64,000 nt of DNA, taken from a virus. Taxonomy: Duplodnaviria > Caudoviricetes. Below are positions 8,118 through 17,634 of the stretch, piece by piece (the first letter of the stretch is position 1; every line of letters begins with the position of its first letter). The translations under genes were made by a program, and so were the position numbers. The notes under the pieces are model-generated. The model did no database searches and was not told where the DNA came from. It worked only from the letters and a program-made list of their open reading frames with translations. The stretch lies in the IMG/VR virus record IMGVR_UViG_2751186034_000001, positions 9,246-73,245 of that record; one strand, written 5' to 3'.

Positions 8118-8986
8118 TTCCAGTGACCTATAATTATTGCTCGCGCATAAAATGTTTGAGCTGTTGCGCCATTTCTTATCACAAGATTTACTTGCGTTGT
8201 CGAAAGCATATACGCCGTCATAAGGGCAAAGTCATTCGCACCGTTTGGAATTAAGGAAACATAGGGTGTTGCAAAGCTAGAGTCTGGCCCTGATGATGCA
8301 GGCAGCGTTAGGGTTACCGTACCCACCGTGTTTGCTGCAATAGACGCGGTAGTACCGATGGGGCCATTCATAACTATAAGACCACTGACGAACTTATTTA
8401 TAACCATTCCGCTTATGATGGTTCGCGAGTTAATACCGCCACTAACTGAGGAGGGGTCTAGGCTAACGTTAAAATCGTTGTACATGATGCGCCATGCACC
8501 CCAAGCACCGTTAACGCAAATTCTTTCTGCGCGAATGCTTTGGGTAATTCCGTAAGCCTCTTGATGATAGTACCCAGCGCCATGGACACTAACCTTTAGA
8601 AAAAATGCATTGCCTGAAAAGTTAGGAGGACCATTAGTATAGGTTCCGTTAAGTGCATACAGCATAGCCGTTATAAGAATGTTGCAATCCGTACCATTTC
8701 CCATAACTTGTGCGGTGCCACCATTCCACCCTGCATGACCGACCGTTAGTACCTCGCCAGCTTTCACGCTGTCGCGAAATGCCTTCGGCAGCCCCAGAGC
8801 GCTCTGCGCCCCTGCTTGCGTCGTTGCGCCTGTTCCACCACGCTCCAATGGCAGCGGCGCAGCGGGTGTGCCAATCCCCTGGTAGAGCTCCAAGGTCATC
8901 GCATTTATCTTTGCGCTCGCCACGCGGGGCGTGTCGCCACCGAGACCTGTAGGCGGCGTACCGAGAATAATTTCTTGTCTTGCCAT
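8114..8986 (-). CDS. Side tail fibre / receptor-binding protein (pyocin-knob-like domain)
   Basis: MARQEIILGTPPTGLGGDT N-terminus, RGGTGATT motif, GAWGAWR knob motif; visibly lower GC in the 3' half. Confidence 0.8.
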   Translation of the reverse strand: MARQEIILGTPPTGLGGDTPRVASAKINAMTLELYQGIGTPAAPLPLERGGTGATTQAGAQSALGLPKAFRDSVKAGEVLTVGHAGWNGGTAQVMGNGTDCNILITAMLYALNGTYTNGPPNFSGNAFFLKVSVHGAGYYHQEAYGITQSIRAERICVNGAWGAWRIMYNDFNVSLDPSSVSGGINSRTIISGMVINKFVSGLIVMNGPIGTTASIAANTVGTVTLTLPASSGPDSSFATPYVSLIPNGANDFALMTAYMLSTTQVNLVIRNGATAQTFYARAIIIGHWK

Positions 8987-9050
8987 GGTTTTCTCCAGGC
9001 GAAAAAATACCCGCATAGCGGGTGGTGTAGATCAATTGATGAGTGCCCGA

Positions 9051-9737
9051 TCAGGTGCCGGGAAGTCTGGCGAATACCGCGCCGGGTGCGCCGATATTTG
9101 TCCATGGTGAGAGAGCGCTAACCCCAAACACCTGTAACCTGTTCTCTGAATAGTTGAACCTTACAGCTGATGTTAGCCAGTTTGTGTGGTTCTGTAGTAT
9201 TCCTCGCGAAAACGGATTGATCATAAAGTACTCATCAGATTGCAGTGGTGCAACAGATCCATTCGCCCAGTAGTACGCCTGTGCTGTCGCATTTAGAACT
9301 ACCTGACCCTGATATGACCATGAGTTATTGGCTCTCGTGAAGATCACCGGAGCGGCCCCTGAGTCGAAAATCAGCACGCCATTTTCGCCCCACATCCTGA
9401 GCCCATAATCGGCCTTAGTGATTGACGCGAACACCGCTGCAAACCACTTGCCTGTTGGCCTGAAGTCGATGTTCAGGGACGTTATTGAAAACCCAGTCCA
9501 AGCACCAGGACCGCCGCTAATGGTCATGCTCGTGTATAGCTCATTCGGTCTAGCCGAGCTGTTCTGAATGAATACGCACGGCGGCTCCGGCGTGGTTATG
9601 GCGGATGGGAACGACACTGACACCGATGAACTGCCGGATGCCTGATACGTTCCACTGTACAGCGCACAAAGCCTAGGTTGCTCTGAGTCTATCTGTACAT
9701 AGCTTCCATCGTTTACAACAGATAGACCGAAATTCAA
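9051..9737 (-). CDS. Tail tip accessory protein
   Basis: 228 aa with repeated YGLRMWGENGVLIFDS-type motif typical of proteins following J. Confidence 0.65.
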   Translation of the reverse strand: MNFGLSVVNDGSYVQIDSEQPRLCALYSGTYQASGSSSVSVSFPSAITTPEPPCVFIQNSSARPNELYTSMTISGGPGAWTGFSITSLNIDFRPTGKWFAAVFASITKADYGLRMWGENGVLIFDSGAAPVIFTRANNSWSYQGQVVLNATAQAYYWANGSVAPLQSDEYFMINPFSRGILQNHTNWLTSAVRFNYSENRLQVFGVSALSPWTNIGAPGAVFARLPGT

Positions 9738-10060
9738 TTTTTGAACCTCATTACAAGCAACCTGAACTGTATTGTTGATCCTATAGCGCCCGGCTCATTT
9801 GGGTGTTTTGAGCGTACAACAACCGAACCGACGCCTACCGACATAAACGGCATAGCGCTGTAGCAGTAGTTGTTAGCCGCGGCCTGGGTAGGAAGTATGA
9901 CGGCTGTGCATGTTGCCGGGTTGAACCCGGCAATGTTTGCTGTAACTACGGCGCCCATGGCGAGCGTATAGACTGCATTGTGCAGCACCTGATAGGTGTA
10001 GCTGTCGGTATCCATTTCGAGCACGCCATTCGCGCTCCACGTCCTTACTCCATAAGTCAT
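9734..10060 (-). CDS. Tail tip accessory protein
   Basis: 108 aa, MTYGVRTWSANGVLEMDT, coupled to J. Confidence 0.65.
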   Translation of the reverse strand: MTYGVRTWSANGVLEMDTDSYTYQVLHNAVYTLAMGAVVTANIAGFNPATCTAVILPTQAAANNYCYSAMPFMSVGVGSVVVRSKHPNEPGAIGSTIQFRLLVMRFKN

Positions 10061-13000
10061 GGCGAAAGCCTCCCCACCAATACACGCAGAAGCTCGTTGA
10101 TGTCGTATACCGAAAGGCCATCGTTATTGAGCAGTGTCGAGCCACCGGTGCCGGCGCTACGAAGCGTGAACGTGCCGGCCTTGACATTGATCTCCAGTAA
10201 CGGCCGCCCCTTGGAGTCGACCGTCTCTGATTTCAGCGTCATCCCCAGAATGATCTCCTGGATAAAGGCCTTGCTGATAATTGCCTGATTGAGGACTACC
10301 TGGTTCCCCTGAACAACAAACATAGGAGTGAGCTGTCCGCTAACCTCGTCGACTACCGCAAAACGCTGCGCAAAAATCAGAAACTCCGACTGCTCGCCAT
10401 CTGAGCCAAACGCGAAGCCGGAGGCGACCGTCTTTCCTCCAGCAGTGGTTTGGGCCTTGAACGTAACCATCGACGAAACCTTCCCGTCGGTGGTGGCCTG
10501 AGCTTTGCTGACGACCTGAATAGCTGCCGAGTTATCGCCGGCAACCGCCTTTAGGGTTTTGATCTCTTCGGCAGTGGCAGCTTTGTCAGTTGCCACGGCT
10601 GTCTGCACGGTCGTGATGCTTGCCGCGTTCGCCGCCACATTCGCTTCGACAATATCTGTACGCTGCGACTGCGCGAAATCCCGCTCAGCAATTGCGGACA
10701 TCAACGACCAGGCCCCGGCCGAGGCGGTGTCATCACCCGCACTGCCCTGCTCCGAGCCTGCTGAGTCGGATTTCACCAACGCATAGACGCCTTCCAAGCG
10801 TTCGGCGGTGGCCGTGACCTTCCCGTCCACCTCTTCGATGGCTGCCTTGTTCTGGCTGATTTCCAGTGCCATCGCCGCATTCGTTTCGGCGATGGTGCCC
10901 AGGTTGAACCAGTAGTTGGCGTTCGGCGGTGTGGTGTTGACCGGTACCGCCTTGGTGGCCTGGAACAACTGCTGGCCTACCCGGACCATGTCGCCCTTGG
11001 CGTAGGTCTTTGTGGCGACGTACTCCAGAGCGTCGACCACTTCCGAGATCAGATCCTCCAGCTCCTGCTTAGCCTTCTCCAGACGATCGTTGACCGAGCC
11101 CGGTCCATCACCAGTAATCAGGTCGATCTCTTCCCGCAGGCTCTGGTACAGCGCACCCTTGCCGATCTTCTCGGCGAAGTACTTGTCGTACTCGGTCCGG
11201 TCAGAACTGGCCCGGCCATTCACGGCGCCCGGGATCGGCCAGAACGGCCCGACGTTGCCGGTACGGTCCACCAGGCGTGCCCAGAAGTAGAAGCTCGCCC
11301 CCGCCAGGATGTTCTGCATCTCGTGCTTGGCCTGCGGGTAGCTGAAGTCGCTCAGCTTCACCGCAGTGGTTAGGTCCGGTGACTGGCTGTACCACAACTC
11401 GGTGCGTTGGGTGTCCTCGGCGCCCGGCGGGAAGCCCCACTGGATGCCAATGCCATAGACCAGGCTGCTGGTGGTCAGGAACGCCACCGCCGGCGGCAGG
11501 CCAACCTTCCCTTCCAGGTTGGTCAAATTGGAGCTCTTCCAGATCGAGGAGATCTCGAAGGCGCTCACCGACCGAACCCGGGCCACGTAGGAGCCCGCGT
11601 AAATGCCGGTGACGTCGACGCTGGTCGAACCGGTGCGCTGCACCTTGATCCAGTTGCCGCTGTCCTTGCGCCACTCCACGTCATACGCGACCGCACCGTT
11701 CACGGCGGGCCACGAGATGTTCATGGTGCTGATCGCGAGGCCCTGGTTAACGGCGTAGCTTGACGTCAGCGTGACGCTCGCCGGCGCCGGAACGACGGTG
11801 ATCGGCACCACGCTGATTGGGCGTTCTTCCAGGCGCGCACCGGTATCGATGTGCGCGAACTTGCTCGGGTCATACTGCACGGCCGAGATTTCAAAGACGC
11901 CTGGCTCCGGCCGGGCCACGCTCACCACCCTGTATAACGGGATTGCCAGGTCGTCGGCATCCAGCGCCCACACCAGTTCGGGTTCGGGCGCAACGGAGTA
12001 GGCCACGGTAACGGTGACCTGCCGGCCGCTGACCAGTTGCACGGTGCGCCCCTCGCACTTGCCGTCGGGCAGGTTGAGGATCAATCGATCGCCGGGCTTG
12101 GCCTGGGTATCACGGTCCAGTGTGATGACCTTGCCGTTCACAGCAGCGATGCGCCCGCCCACCGGCCGACCGGCCAGGAGTTCGTCGGCGATCGGGATCA
12201 CGTAGCCAGGCAGCGGGATGCGCCCGTCGAGGCCGACCTTGAAGGTAACGGCCCGGTCCTTGGAGTTGGTGAGCAATGCCCACTTGCCCCGGCGCTGCGC
12301 CTCCGACTCGCGGGTGCAGCCGATGGCGCTGATCTCCAGCGGGTTGTCGCCGTAGCGGCGCTGCAGCTTGGCATCCGTAACGGCCGTGACGTCGGTGTCG
12401 TAGTTGTTCGCCGGGTTGTCGTAGCTGATCAGCGCGCGGCTGTACCGGGTGCGCTCCGACGCACTCGAGTAGGTGAACTTGCTGTCGATCACGTTCGCCC
12501 GGGTGTAGGCGAAGTCGAAATCAGTGGCGCGCGGCATGTCCGACAGCGTGAAGACCTGGCCCTGGGCCCAGTAGGTCATGCCCCGGTAGATCGCCGAAAT
12601 GTCGCGCAGCAGCGACCAGGCGTCAGCCTTGCTCTGCAGGTTCAGGTTGCAGATGAAGCGCGGCTCCTGGCCGCCCTTCCCGTCCGGTACCAGTTGGTCG
12701 CAGTACTGAGAGATGCGGTAAAGCTCCCACTTGTCGACCATCCAGGGTTTGATGCGGCGGCCAAGGCCGAAGCGGTCGGCCGTGGTGATGCCGTATGTAG
12801 CCCAGGTCGGATTGTTGGTGTAGGCCTCTTTGAGCGTTCCGTCCCAGATACCACTGTATGTCCGCGACACGGGGTCGTAGTTGCTTGGGACCTGCCATTT
12901 GCGAGCCTTGCAGCCGACGGTTACCGCTGGAATGCTGCGGAACTGCTCGGCCGAAAATTCGATGTAGAGCAGCGCGGTGTTCGGATAGCGGATCTTGGCG

Positions 13001-13656
13001 TCGATCACCTCAGTGAAGCCGGCGATCTGCATCGTGTCGGAGATTTTGTTGTTGTTCTGGTTGATCGTCAGGCGGGTGATGCGCATCAGCCAGCCGGCGG
13101 TAGCCTTGGGTAAATCGATACGACGAGTGCGCTCGTAAAGGCTGGTGGTCTTACCGTCGACCGCCTCACTCAGCACCTGCTGGTAGGCGCCGCCGTCGGT
13201 GGCGAGCTCAACTTTGTACTCAATCCGGTAGCCGTTGATGTTGTTGCTGGCATCCACAGACTGGAGCGCCGGCCAAGCAAAACGCACGCGCACGGCCGAA
13301 AGCTGGGTGTTACTGATTGCCCGAACCCACGGTGTGCCGCTGCGCAGCTCGGTACTGATGGTGGTCTCGTTCTCGATCGAGGGGATGCCCTGGATATAGG
13401 TCTGGTCCACGGCCCCGGTGCGCCACTCCCACTTCACGTTCGGGAAGTTCATGTTGCCCTGAGGATCTTGCAGCGGGGTGTTGTCGAGGTAAATGTCGCG
13501 AGCGGTTGGAGTGCCTTCGAACTCACCCTCTCCGATGGCAATCAGCATCTTGGCGATGGCAACAGAGCGCAGGCTATCCGGGGCTTCCGTTGGCGTTTTT
13601 GCTTTCTCTTCGCCGCCCTTGGCGCCGTGGATATCAATCTTGCGTGCTGCGCCCAT
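10057..13656 (-). CDS. Central tail fibre / host specificity protein J
   Basis: About 1199 aa from MGAARK; lambda J-like motifs (KIRYPNTALLYIEF, AYTNNPTW, EPRFICN), FN3 and C-terminal coiled coil. Confidence 0.95.
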   Translation of the reverse strand: MGAARKIDIHGAKGGEEKAKTPTEAPDSLRSVAIAKMLIAIGEGEFEGTPTARDIYLDNTPLQDPQGNMNFPNVKWEWRTGAVDQTYIQGIPSIENETTISTELRSGTPWVRAISNTQLSAVRVRFAWPALQSVDASNNINGYRIEYKVELATDGGAYQQVLSEAVDGKTTSLYERTRRIDLPKATAGWLMRITRLTINQNNNKISDTMQIAGFTEVIDAKIRYPNTALLYIEFSAEQFRSIPAVTVGCKARKWQVPSNYDPVSRTYSGIWDGTLKEAYTNNPTWATYGITTADRFGLGRRIKPWMVDKWELYRISQYCDQLVPDGKGGQEPRFICNLNLQSKADAWSLLRDISAIYRGMTYWAQGQVFTLSDMPRATDFDFAYTRANVIDSKFTYSSASERTRYSRALISYDNPANNYDTDVTAVTDAKLQRRYGDNPLEISAIGCTRESEAQRRGKWALLTNSKDRAVTFKVGLDGRIPLPGYVIPIADELLAGRPVGGRIAAVNGKVITLDRDTQAKPGDRLILNLPDGKCEGRTVQLVSGRQVTVTVAYSVAPEPELVWALDADDLAIPLYRVVSVARPEPGVFEISAVQYDPSKFAHIDTGARLEERPISVVPITVVPAPASVTLTSSYAVNQGLAISTMNISWPAVNGAVAYDVEWRKDSGNWIKVQRTGSTSVDVTGIYAGSYVARVRSVSAFEISSIWKSSNLTNLEGKVGLPPAVAFLTTSSLVYGIGIQWGFPPGAEDTQRTELWYSQSPDLTTAVKLSDFSYPQAKHEMQNILAGASFYFWARLVDRTGNVGPFWPIPGAVNGRASSDRTEYDKYFAEKIGKGALYQSLREEIDLITGDGPGSVNDRLEKAKQELEDLISEVVDALEYVATKTYAKGDMVRVGQQLFQATKAVPVNTTPPNANYWFNLGTIAETNAAMALEISQNKAAIEEVDGKVTATAERLEGVYALVKSDSAGSEQGSAGDDTASAGAWSLMSAIAERDFAQSQRTDIVEANVAANAASITTVQTAVATDKAATAEEIKTLKAVAGDNSAAIQVVSKAQATTDGKVSSMVTFKAQTTAGGKTVASGFAFGSDGEQSEFLIFAQRFAVVDEVSGQLTPMFVVQGNQVVLNQAIISKAFIQEIILGMTLKSETVDSKGRPLLEINVKAGTFTLRSAGTGGSTLLNNDGLSVYDINELLRVLVGRLSP

Positions 13657-13715
13657 GCTTTCCTCCAGGCAATAAAAAACCGCCTCTTGGGCGGCTGCGG
13701 TGCTGCGGGTTTCTG

Positions 13716-14327
13716 CTACATCTGGTCTTCGGCGTAGATGGCGGCGCTGATAATTGCGCCACCCCACCGGCGCTCGCCTATACAAAGCGGTACCGGGTTA
13801 CCGGATGCAGTGGTGTTCTTGGCGCTGCCGAAGGCATAGCCGGGGGTGTTCTCTGGCGCGGCGCTGGTCTTGAGGCCGCCGGCCTGGGGGCTGAGCATTT
13901 GGATTACGCCGCCCAGCACCATCGATCCGCCCATCATGATCAATGCCGAGCCGAAAGGGGCCATGGTGCCGAAGCTGCCACCGGTGATCACCAAGCCAAC
14001 GACGATGAGTACGGCTCCAATGATTGTTTGTAGGGCGCCACCCCGTTTACTGCCTGTGATTACCGGTGCGATCCGGATGCTTCCTTCGCCGGAAAAACCG
14101 AGCTCTTTTTCTTCAAGATTTTTCGATCCGCGGAAAACCGCAAATTCGACACCTCGCGATTTTGCATTCGACAGGAACCGCTCAAAGCCGGGAATCTGGA
14201 CGCACAGAGCTTTAACTGCTTCTGCCGGCGTCCTTACGACCATCCGAAAGGACCTCCCAAACTGACGAAGCTGTCCGTAGAGCAGGATCGTGGTCATGGG
14301 CTGATAATTGATGGCAAGTGCCGCCAT
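13716..14327 (-). CDS. Tail assembly protein I
   Basis: LYGQLRQFG...TPAEAVKAL, YAFGSAKNT and GNPVPLCIGER motifs. Confidence 0.9.
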   Translation of the reverse strand: MAALAINYQPMTTILLYGQLRQFGRSFRMVVRTPAEAVKALCVQIPGFERFLSNAKSRGVEFAVFRGSKNLEEKELGFSGEGSIRIAPVITGSKRGGALQTIIGAVLIVVGLVITGGSFGTMAPFGSALIMMGGSMVLGGVIQMLSPQAGGLKTSAAPENTPGYAFGSAKNTTASGNPVPLCIGERRWGGAIISAAIYAEDQM

Positions 14328-14389
14328 GTGCTTTTCTCCAGGTAATAAAAAGGCCCGCCGAAGCGAGCCTTGAACAATTTGATTTGCCG

Positions 14390-14740
14390 CTACAGGCAGC
14401 CTTGCAGCGCGGTCAGCCGTTTATTGGCGATCCAATTACCCACCACCACGTAATACTTCGCCTCTGAGCCCGCGCCCTTGGGCTGGATGTCCACAAAATA
14501 AGCAGAGGCCTCAGTGAAAACGGTATAGCCGCTTGGTCTTCCGGCTTGAAGTGTTGCACCTGGCGTTCCGCCGAAAATTGCCTGATTTTGCCATTCGTAC
14601 TGAACGCATTCAGCGACGTCTTTATCCGACTTTTTCGAATGCAGGACCTTGTAAGGGCCATCTAGGCGAGCCTCGTTCATCGTTGGCGGCATACACCCCG
14701 CCAGCATCGCCACCGCTACCGCCGCTATCAAAGTTCGCAT
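14390..14740 (-). CDS. Moron lipoprotein
   Basis: Lipobox LAGC after a signal peptide; inserted between K and I. Confidence 0.8.
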   Translation of the reverse strand: MRTLIAAVAVAMLAGCMPPTMNEARLDGPYKVLHSKKSDKDVAECVQYEWQNQAIFGGTPGATLQAGRPSGYTVFTEASAYFVDIQPKGAGSEAKYYVVVGNWIANKRLTALQGCL

Positions 14741-14761
14741 GTCGTTCCTTCTTTGGTTTGT

Positions 14762-15055
14762 CTATTTGAAGCTCGTCGGAATGGTGGGCACTTCAACGAC
14801 CTTGCCGTCCACTATGCGGAAAGAGACCACTCGGCTAGCGCCAGTCATGCCGTTCGCGTGGCTCCAAACCCACATCTGTCCGTCAGCCCGAGAAACGACG
14901 GAGTACGGAGGCCCCATAATCTGGGTCACCTGTTCCTCAGTCATTCCGATCTGGACCTTCCTGGCGTCATCATACGAAAAGCTTGTTCCGGCACAGCCAG
15001 AAAGCACGAACGCCAAAGCAGCTGCGGCGACAACCTTTGAAATCCGCATGAGCAT
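14762..15055 (-). CDS. BamE/SmpA-OmlA-like lipoprotein
   Basis: Lipobox LSGC followed by KVQIGMTEEQVTQIMGPP...QMWVWS. Confidence 0.75.
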   Translation of the reverse strand: MLMRISKVVAAAALAFVLSGCAGTSFSYDDARKVQIGMTEEQVTQIMGPPYSVVSRADGQMWVWSHANGMTGASRVVSFRIVDGKVVEVPTIPTSFK

Positions 15056-15182
15056 CTCCTTGCCCTAAAACGCCGACTGTACCCCGTACCTGTCCGGGCA
15101 TCCAGTGTGGATGGAATGCCAGTAGCGACTGATCCATGAGCGGTAGTAGCCTCCGCCAACTCAAAGTCGGCCAGGAGGCCCT

Positions 15183-15782
15183 ATGTCCTCGCTCTTGTTC
15201 TACACGGATGAAAACGACGCAATTGTGGCCACGGATACGCTTTTACATTATTCCGTCGACACGCCCCCAGGATTCGCCAGCAAAGCCATCTCTATACCTC
15301 ACATGCGAATGATCATCGCAGGTACCGGATCGGCGCTTCTCTTCAGTCGCTGGATAGGCCTTGTGAATAACCAAGGTTTTGCCCTCGATGTAGATACGGT
15401 CGATGCTCATGCCCCCCAGGAGCTTCAGGCCCTCTGGAGCGAACTGAATCGCTATGTCCCCGCCCTCCAAGACCAAACTGCAACGATCTATCACTTCGGG
15501 ATTTCCGACGATTCTGGAAAAATCCATGGATTCGCTTACCGTTCTGTGTCGGACTTCAAATCCGAGCGTTTAGATTATGGGCTCGGGGTAAAGCCAGAGC
15601 TTATGAATAAGGCGGGTATCGACTTGGATTCGTTCCCTGCGTGTGCGCCCGACATAATGCGCGCGCAATCGCGACAGGAAGACGAAAAAGCCCTAAATCG
15701 CGTTTATATAGGCGGGTCGGTGCAAGTCACCCATCTATCCAAGCACGGGTTTTCCATTTATTCATTGGGCGATCTGGACTGA
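15183..15782 (+). CDS. Proteasome-beta/HslV-like Ntn-hydrolase-fold protein (antisense moron)
   Basis: AGGAGG RBS; MSSLLFY...IVATDT...ASK...IIAGTG...GGSVQV pattern. Confidence 0.55.
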   Translation: MSSLLFYTDENDAIVATDTLLHYSVDTPPGFASKAISIPHMRMIIAGTGSALLFSRWIGLVNNQGFALDVDTVDAHAPQELQALWSELNRYVPALQDQTATIYHFGISDDSGKIHGFAYRSVSDFKSERLDYGLGVKPELMNKAGIDLDSFPACAPDIMRAQSRQEDEKALNRVYIGGSVQVTHLSKHGFSIYSLGDLD

Positions 15783-16531
15783 GCATCTTTGTGCCTGAGT
15801 ATCAGGCGAGTTCTGTCATGCCACGGTCCGCCGAACACCAAAATCTCGGACGGCCTACCGTACAGGTGGTGCAGCAGGAACGGGCCAGGGCCGAAGGTGC
15901 CCGACTCTTCACCGGGCAGCGTTGGATCGGTACCCAGGTAGATCCCAGCGTGGTTCGGGTGAGCTGTCCGGCCAACCTGCATAACGATCATGTCGCCGCG
16001 CTGCGGCCGGTCGACACGTACAAAACCGGCGGCCTCGTAGTTCGCCTCGTACAGGCTGGCGTTCTCTGCGCTCTCCCACCAGCCATCGGCGCGCTGGAAG
16101 GCTTCGAATTCCAGACCCCATTCGCGCTGGTACCACTCGGCACAAATACCCCAACAGTCCCAAACCCCATGAACAAATGGGCGATTGAGCAGCGGCGTGC
16201 TGCCCGTTGGCGTGATCGACCTGAGATCGCCCTCGGGCCAACTCAGGATATGCCAGGGCAGCTCTGTAGCTTCGCACATGGCCAGGTCATGCGGTGATGG
16301 TCTGCTGGTGGCATCAGGATGCGAGTGAACGATCCCGATCACCTCGCCCAAATCTTCCGCCGCGGCGTATTCCTCGGGATCGAGCCGAAACTCTTCGTTC
16401 GGCTCCGTGGCGATGTTCCGGCATGGGAAGTACTTCTGCGCGCGCCCTATGGCCAACAACAGCCCGCAGCACTCGCGGGGATACTCCGCTGCCGCGTGCG
16501 CCTGAATCGCCGCAATGATGTGTTTGCGCAT
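15758..16531 (-). CDS. Tail assembly protein K (JAB/MPN + NlpC/P60)
   Basis: YPRECCG, HSHP...PSPHD, DCW and NHAGIYLG motifs. Confidence 0.95.
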   Translation of the reverse strand: MRKHIIAAIQAHAAAEYPRECCGLLLAIGRAQKYFPCRNIATEPNEEFRLDPEEYAAAEDLGEVIGIVHSHPDATSRPSPHDLAMCEATELPWHILSWPEGDLRSITPTGSTPLLNRPFVHGVWDCWGICAEWYQREWGLEFEAFQRADGWWESAENASLYEANYEAAGFVRVDRPQRGDMIVMQVGRTAHPNHAGIYLGTDPTLPGEESGTFGPGPFLLHHLYGRPSEILVFGGPWHDRTRLILRHKDAQSRSPNE

Positions 16532-16533
16532 AG

Positions 16534-17286
16534 TCAGCTCCTTGAGACCAAGCTCACAGCGGGGAATCCACCGAAACTGAGCTCGTTGCTCTCGCCGAAG
16601 CGCAACTTGCACGACGACAGGCAGCCCTTGCACTGATCCTTGGCGGGGTCATCCGTGGGGTTGTCCTCGTCATCGAACATGGCCGCGCCGGTGTAGCCAC
16701 AGTCCGGCCCGCGGTAGCCGTTTGTCATACTCCAGTGGCAAAACGTCGTCATCTGCCGGCCGGGCAGTCCGTGGTTGTCGATCTCCCCCGGGGAAGACAG
16801 CTCCCAGACCACCGCCTCGCCGTCCTCGCTGGTTTTCTGGTCGATGTACCAGATCTCCAACGCTTCCTGGGTCGGGTCTGCAGTCGGGTTGCCGTCAGGA
16901 AAGTTGGCCGCGTCCAGGTACTGGGCCAGGGTCTCGCGAACCGTCAGCTTGAACTTGAGCATGTCCTCGAAGGCCAGGCACAGCGCCGTGACTCTGCCGT
17001 TGACGTTGCCGGCGGCGAACGTCGGCCGTGAGGCTGTGCCGTCGCTACTCGAAGAAATCCCCTCAATCTGCACCGGCCAGGCCGCGTACTCTTCGCCCTG
17101 CCACCAGATCGACTTCGCCGGCAGATCCTCTTCCGAATGCTCGTAGGCCAGCAGTTCTTCTGGTGTGTGCGGAATGGCGTGCCCGTGGAAGCGCAGGTAA
17201 TCCGCGCCGTACTCAGTCCCGTCAATTTCAAACAGGCGAATCTCGCCACCGGGCTCCAGTTTCTGGATGTCCGTGATCAGTGCCAT
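16534..17286 (-). CDS. Minor tail protein L
   Basis: YRGPDCGY...DQCKGCLSSCKLRF...FGGFP Fe-S motif. Confidence 0.95.
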   Translation of the reverse strand: MALITDIQKLEPGGEIRLFEIDGTEYGADYLRFHGHAIPHTPEELLAYEHSEEDLPAKSIWWQGEEYAAWPVQIEGISSSSDGTASRPTFAAGNVNGRVTALCLAFEDMLKFKLTVRETLAQYLDAANFPDGNPTADPTQEALEIWYIDQKTSEDGEAVVWELSSPGEIDNHGLPGRQMTTFCHWSMTNGYRGPDCGYTGAAMFDDEDNPTDDPAKDQCKGCLSSCKLRFGESNELSFGGFPAVSLVSRS

Positions 17287-17295
17287 GGATAGGCC

Positions 17296-17634
17296 TCAGG
17301 GATGAAAGGTTTGCTTGAAGGTCGCGGTGATGGCGTAGACCTGACCGCCACGGTGAACCGGTTTGTAGCCGTTGCACTTGTAGAGGCCAAGCTCGCCCAA
17401 GGGCGGCTCCCATAGAAAGCCCTTGGCGCCCTTGTGCCGATCGAGGAACGCCTTGATTTCCAGAACGCGAGCCTTGGCGCCGGTGAACGTGAGCGGCCAG
17501 GATTGGGACTGGTTATTGAGTCCGTCTTCGACCGACTGCTCATACCCATCGCCGAACTGCTTGGTCCGGACGCGCTGGGTCACATCACCCTCCGCGCCCT
17601 TTTCCGTTGCCCAGGTGAATCGTTCGATTGCCAT
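17296..17634 (-). CDS. Minor tail protein M
   Basis: FGDGYEQ...GLNN...FLDRHKG...FLWEPP. Confidence 0.95.
   Translation of the reverse strand: MAIERFTWATEKGAEGDVTQRVRTKQFGDGYEQSVEDGLNNQSQSWPLTFTGAKARVLEIKAFLDRHKGAKGFLWEPPLGELGLYKCNGYKPVHRGGQVYAITATFKQTFHP

Noticed and set aside
12037-13113. Long antisense ORFs inside J, TMP, capsid, DnaB, MTase and mutS (e.g. 18561-19511, 25256-26290, 56543-57373, 61604-62830)
   Set aside because: Expected shadows of high-GC coding sequence; no motifs or RBS.
8114-13656. Diversity-generating retroelement or invertible fibre switch
   Set aside because: No reverse transcriptase, no invertase, and no template/variable repeat pair seen.
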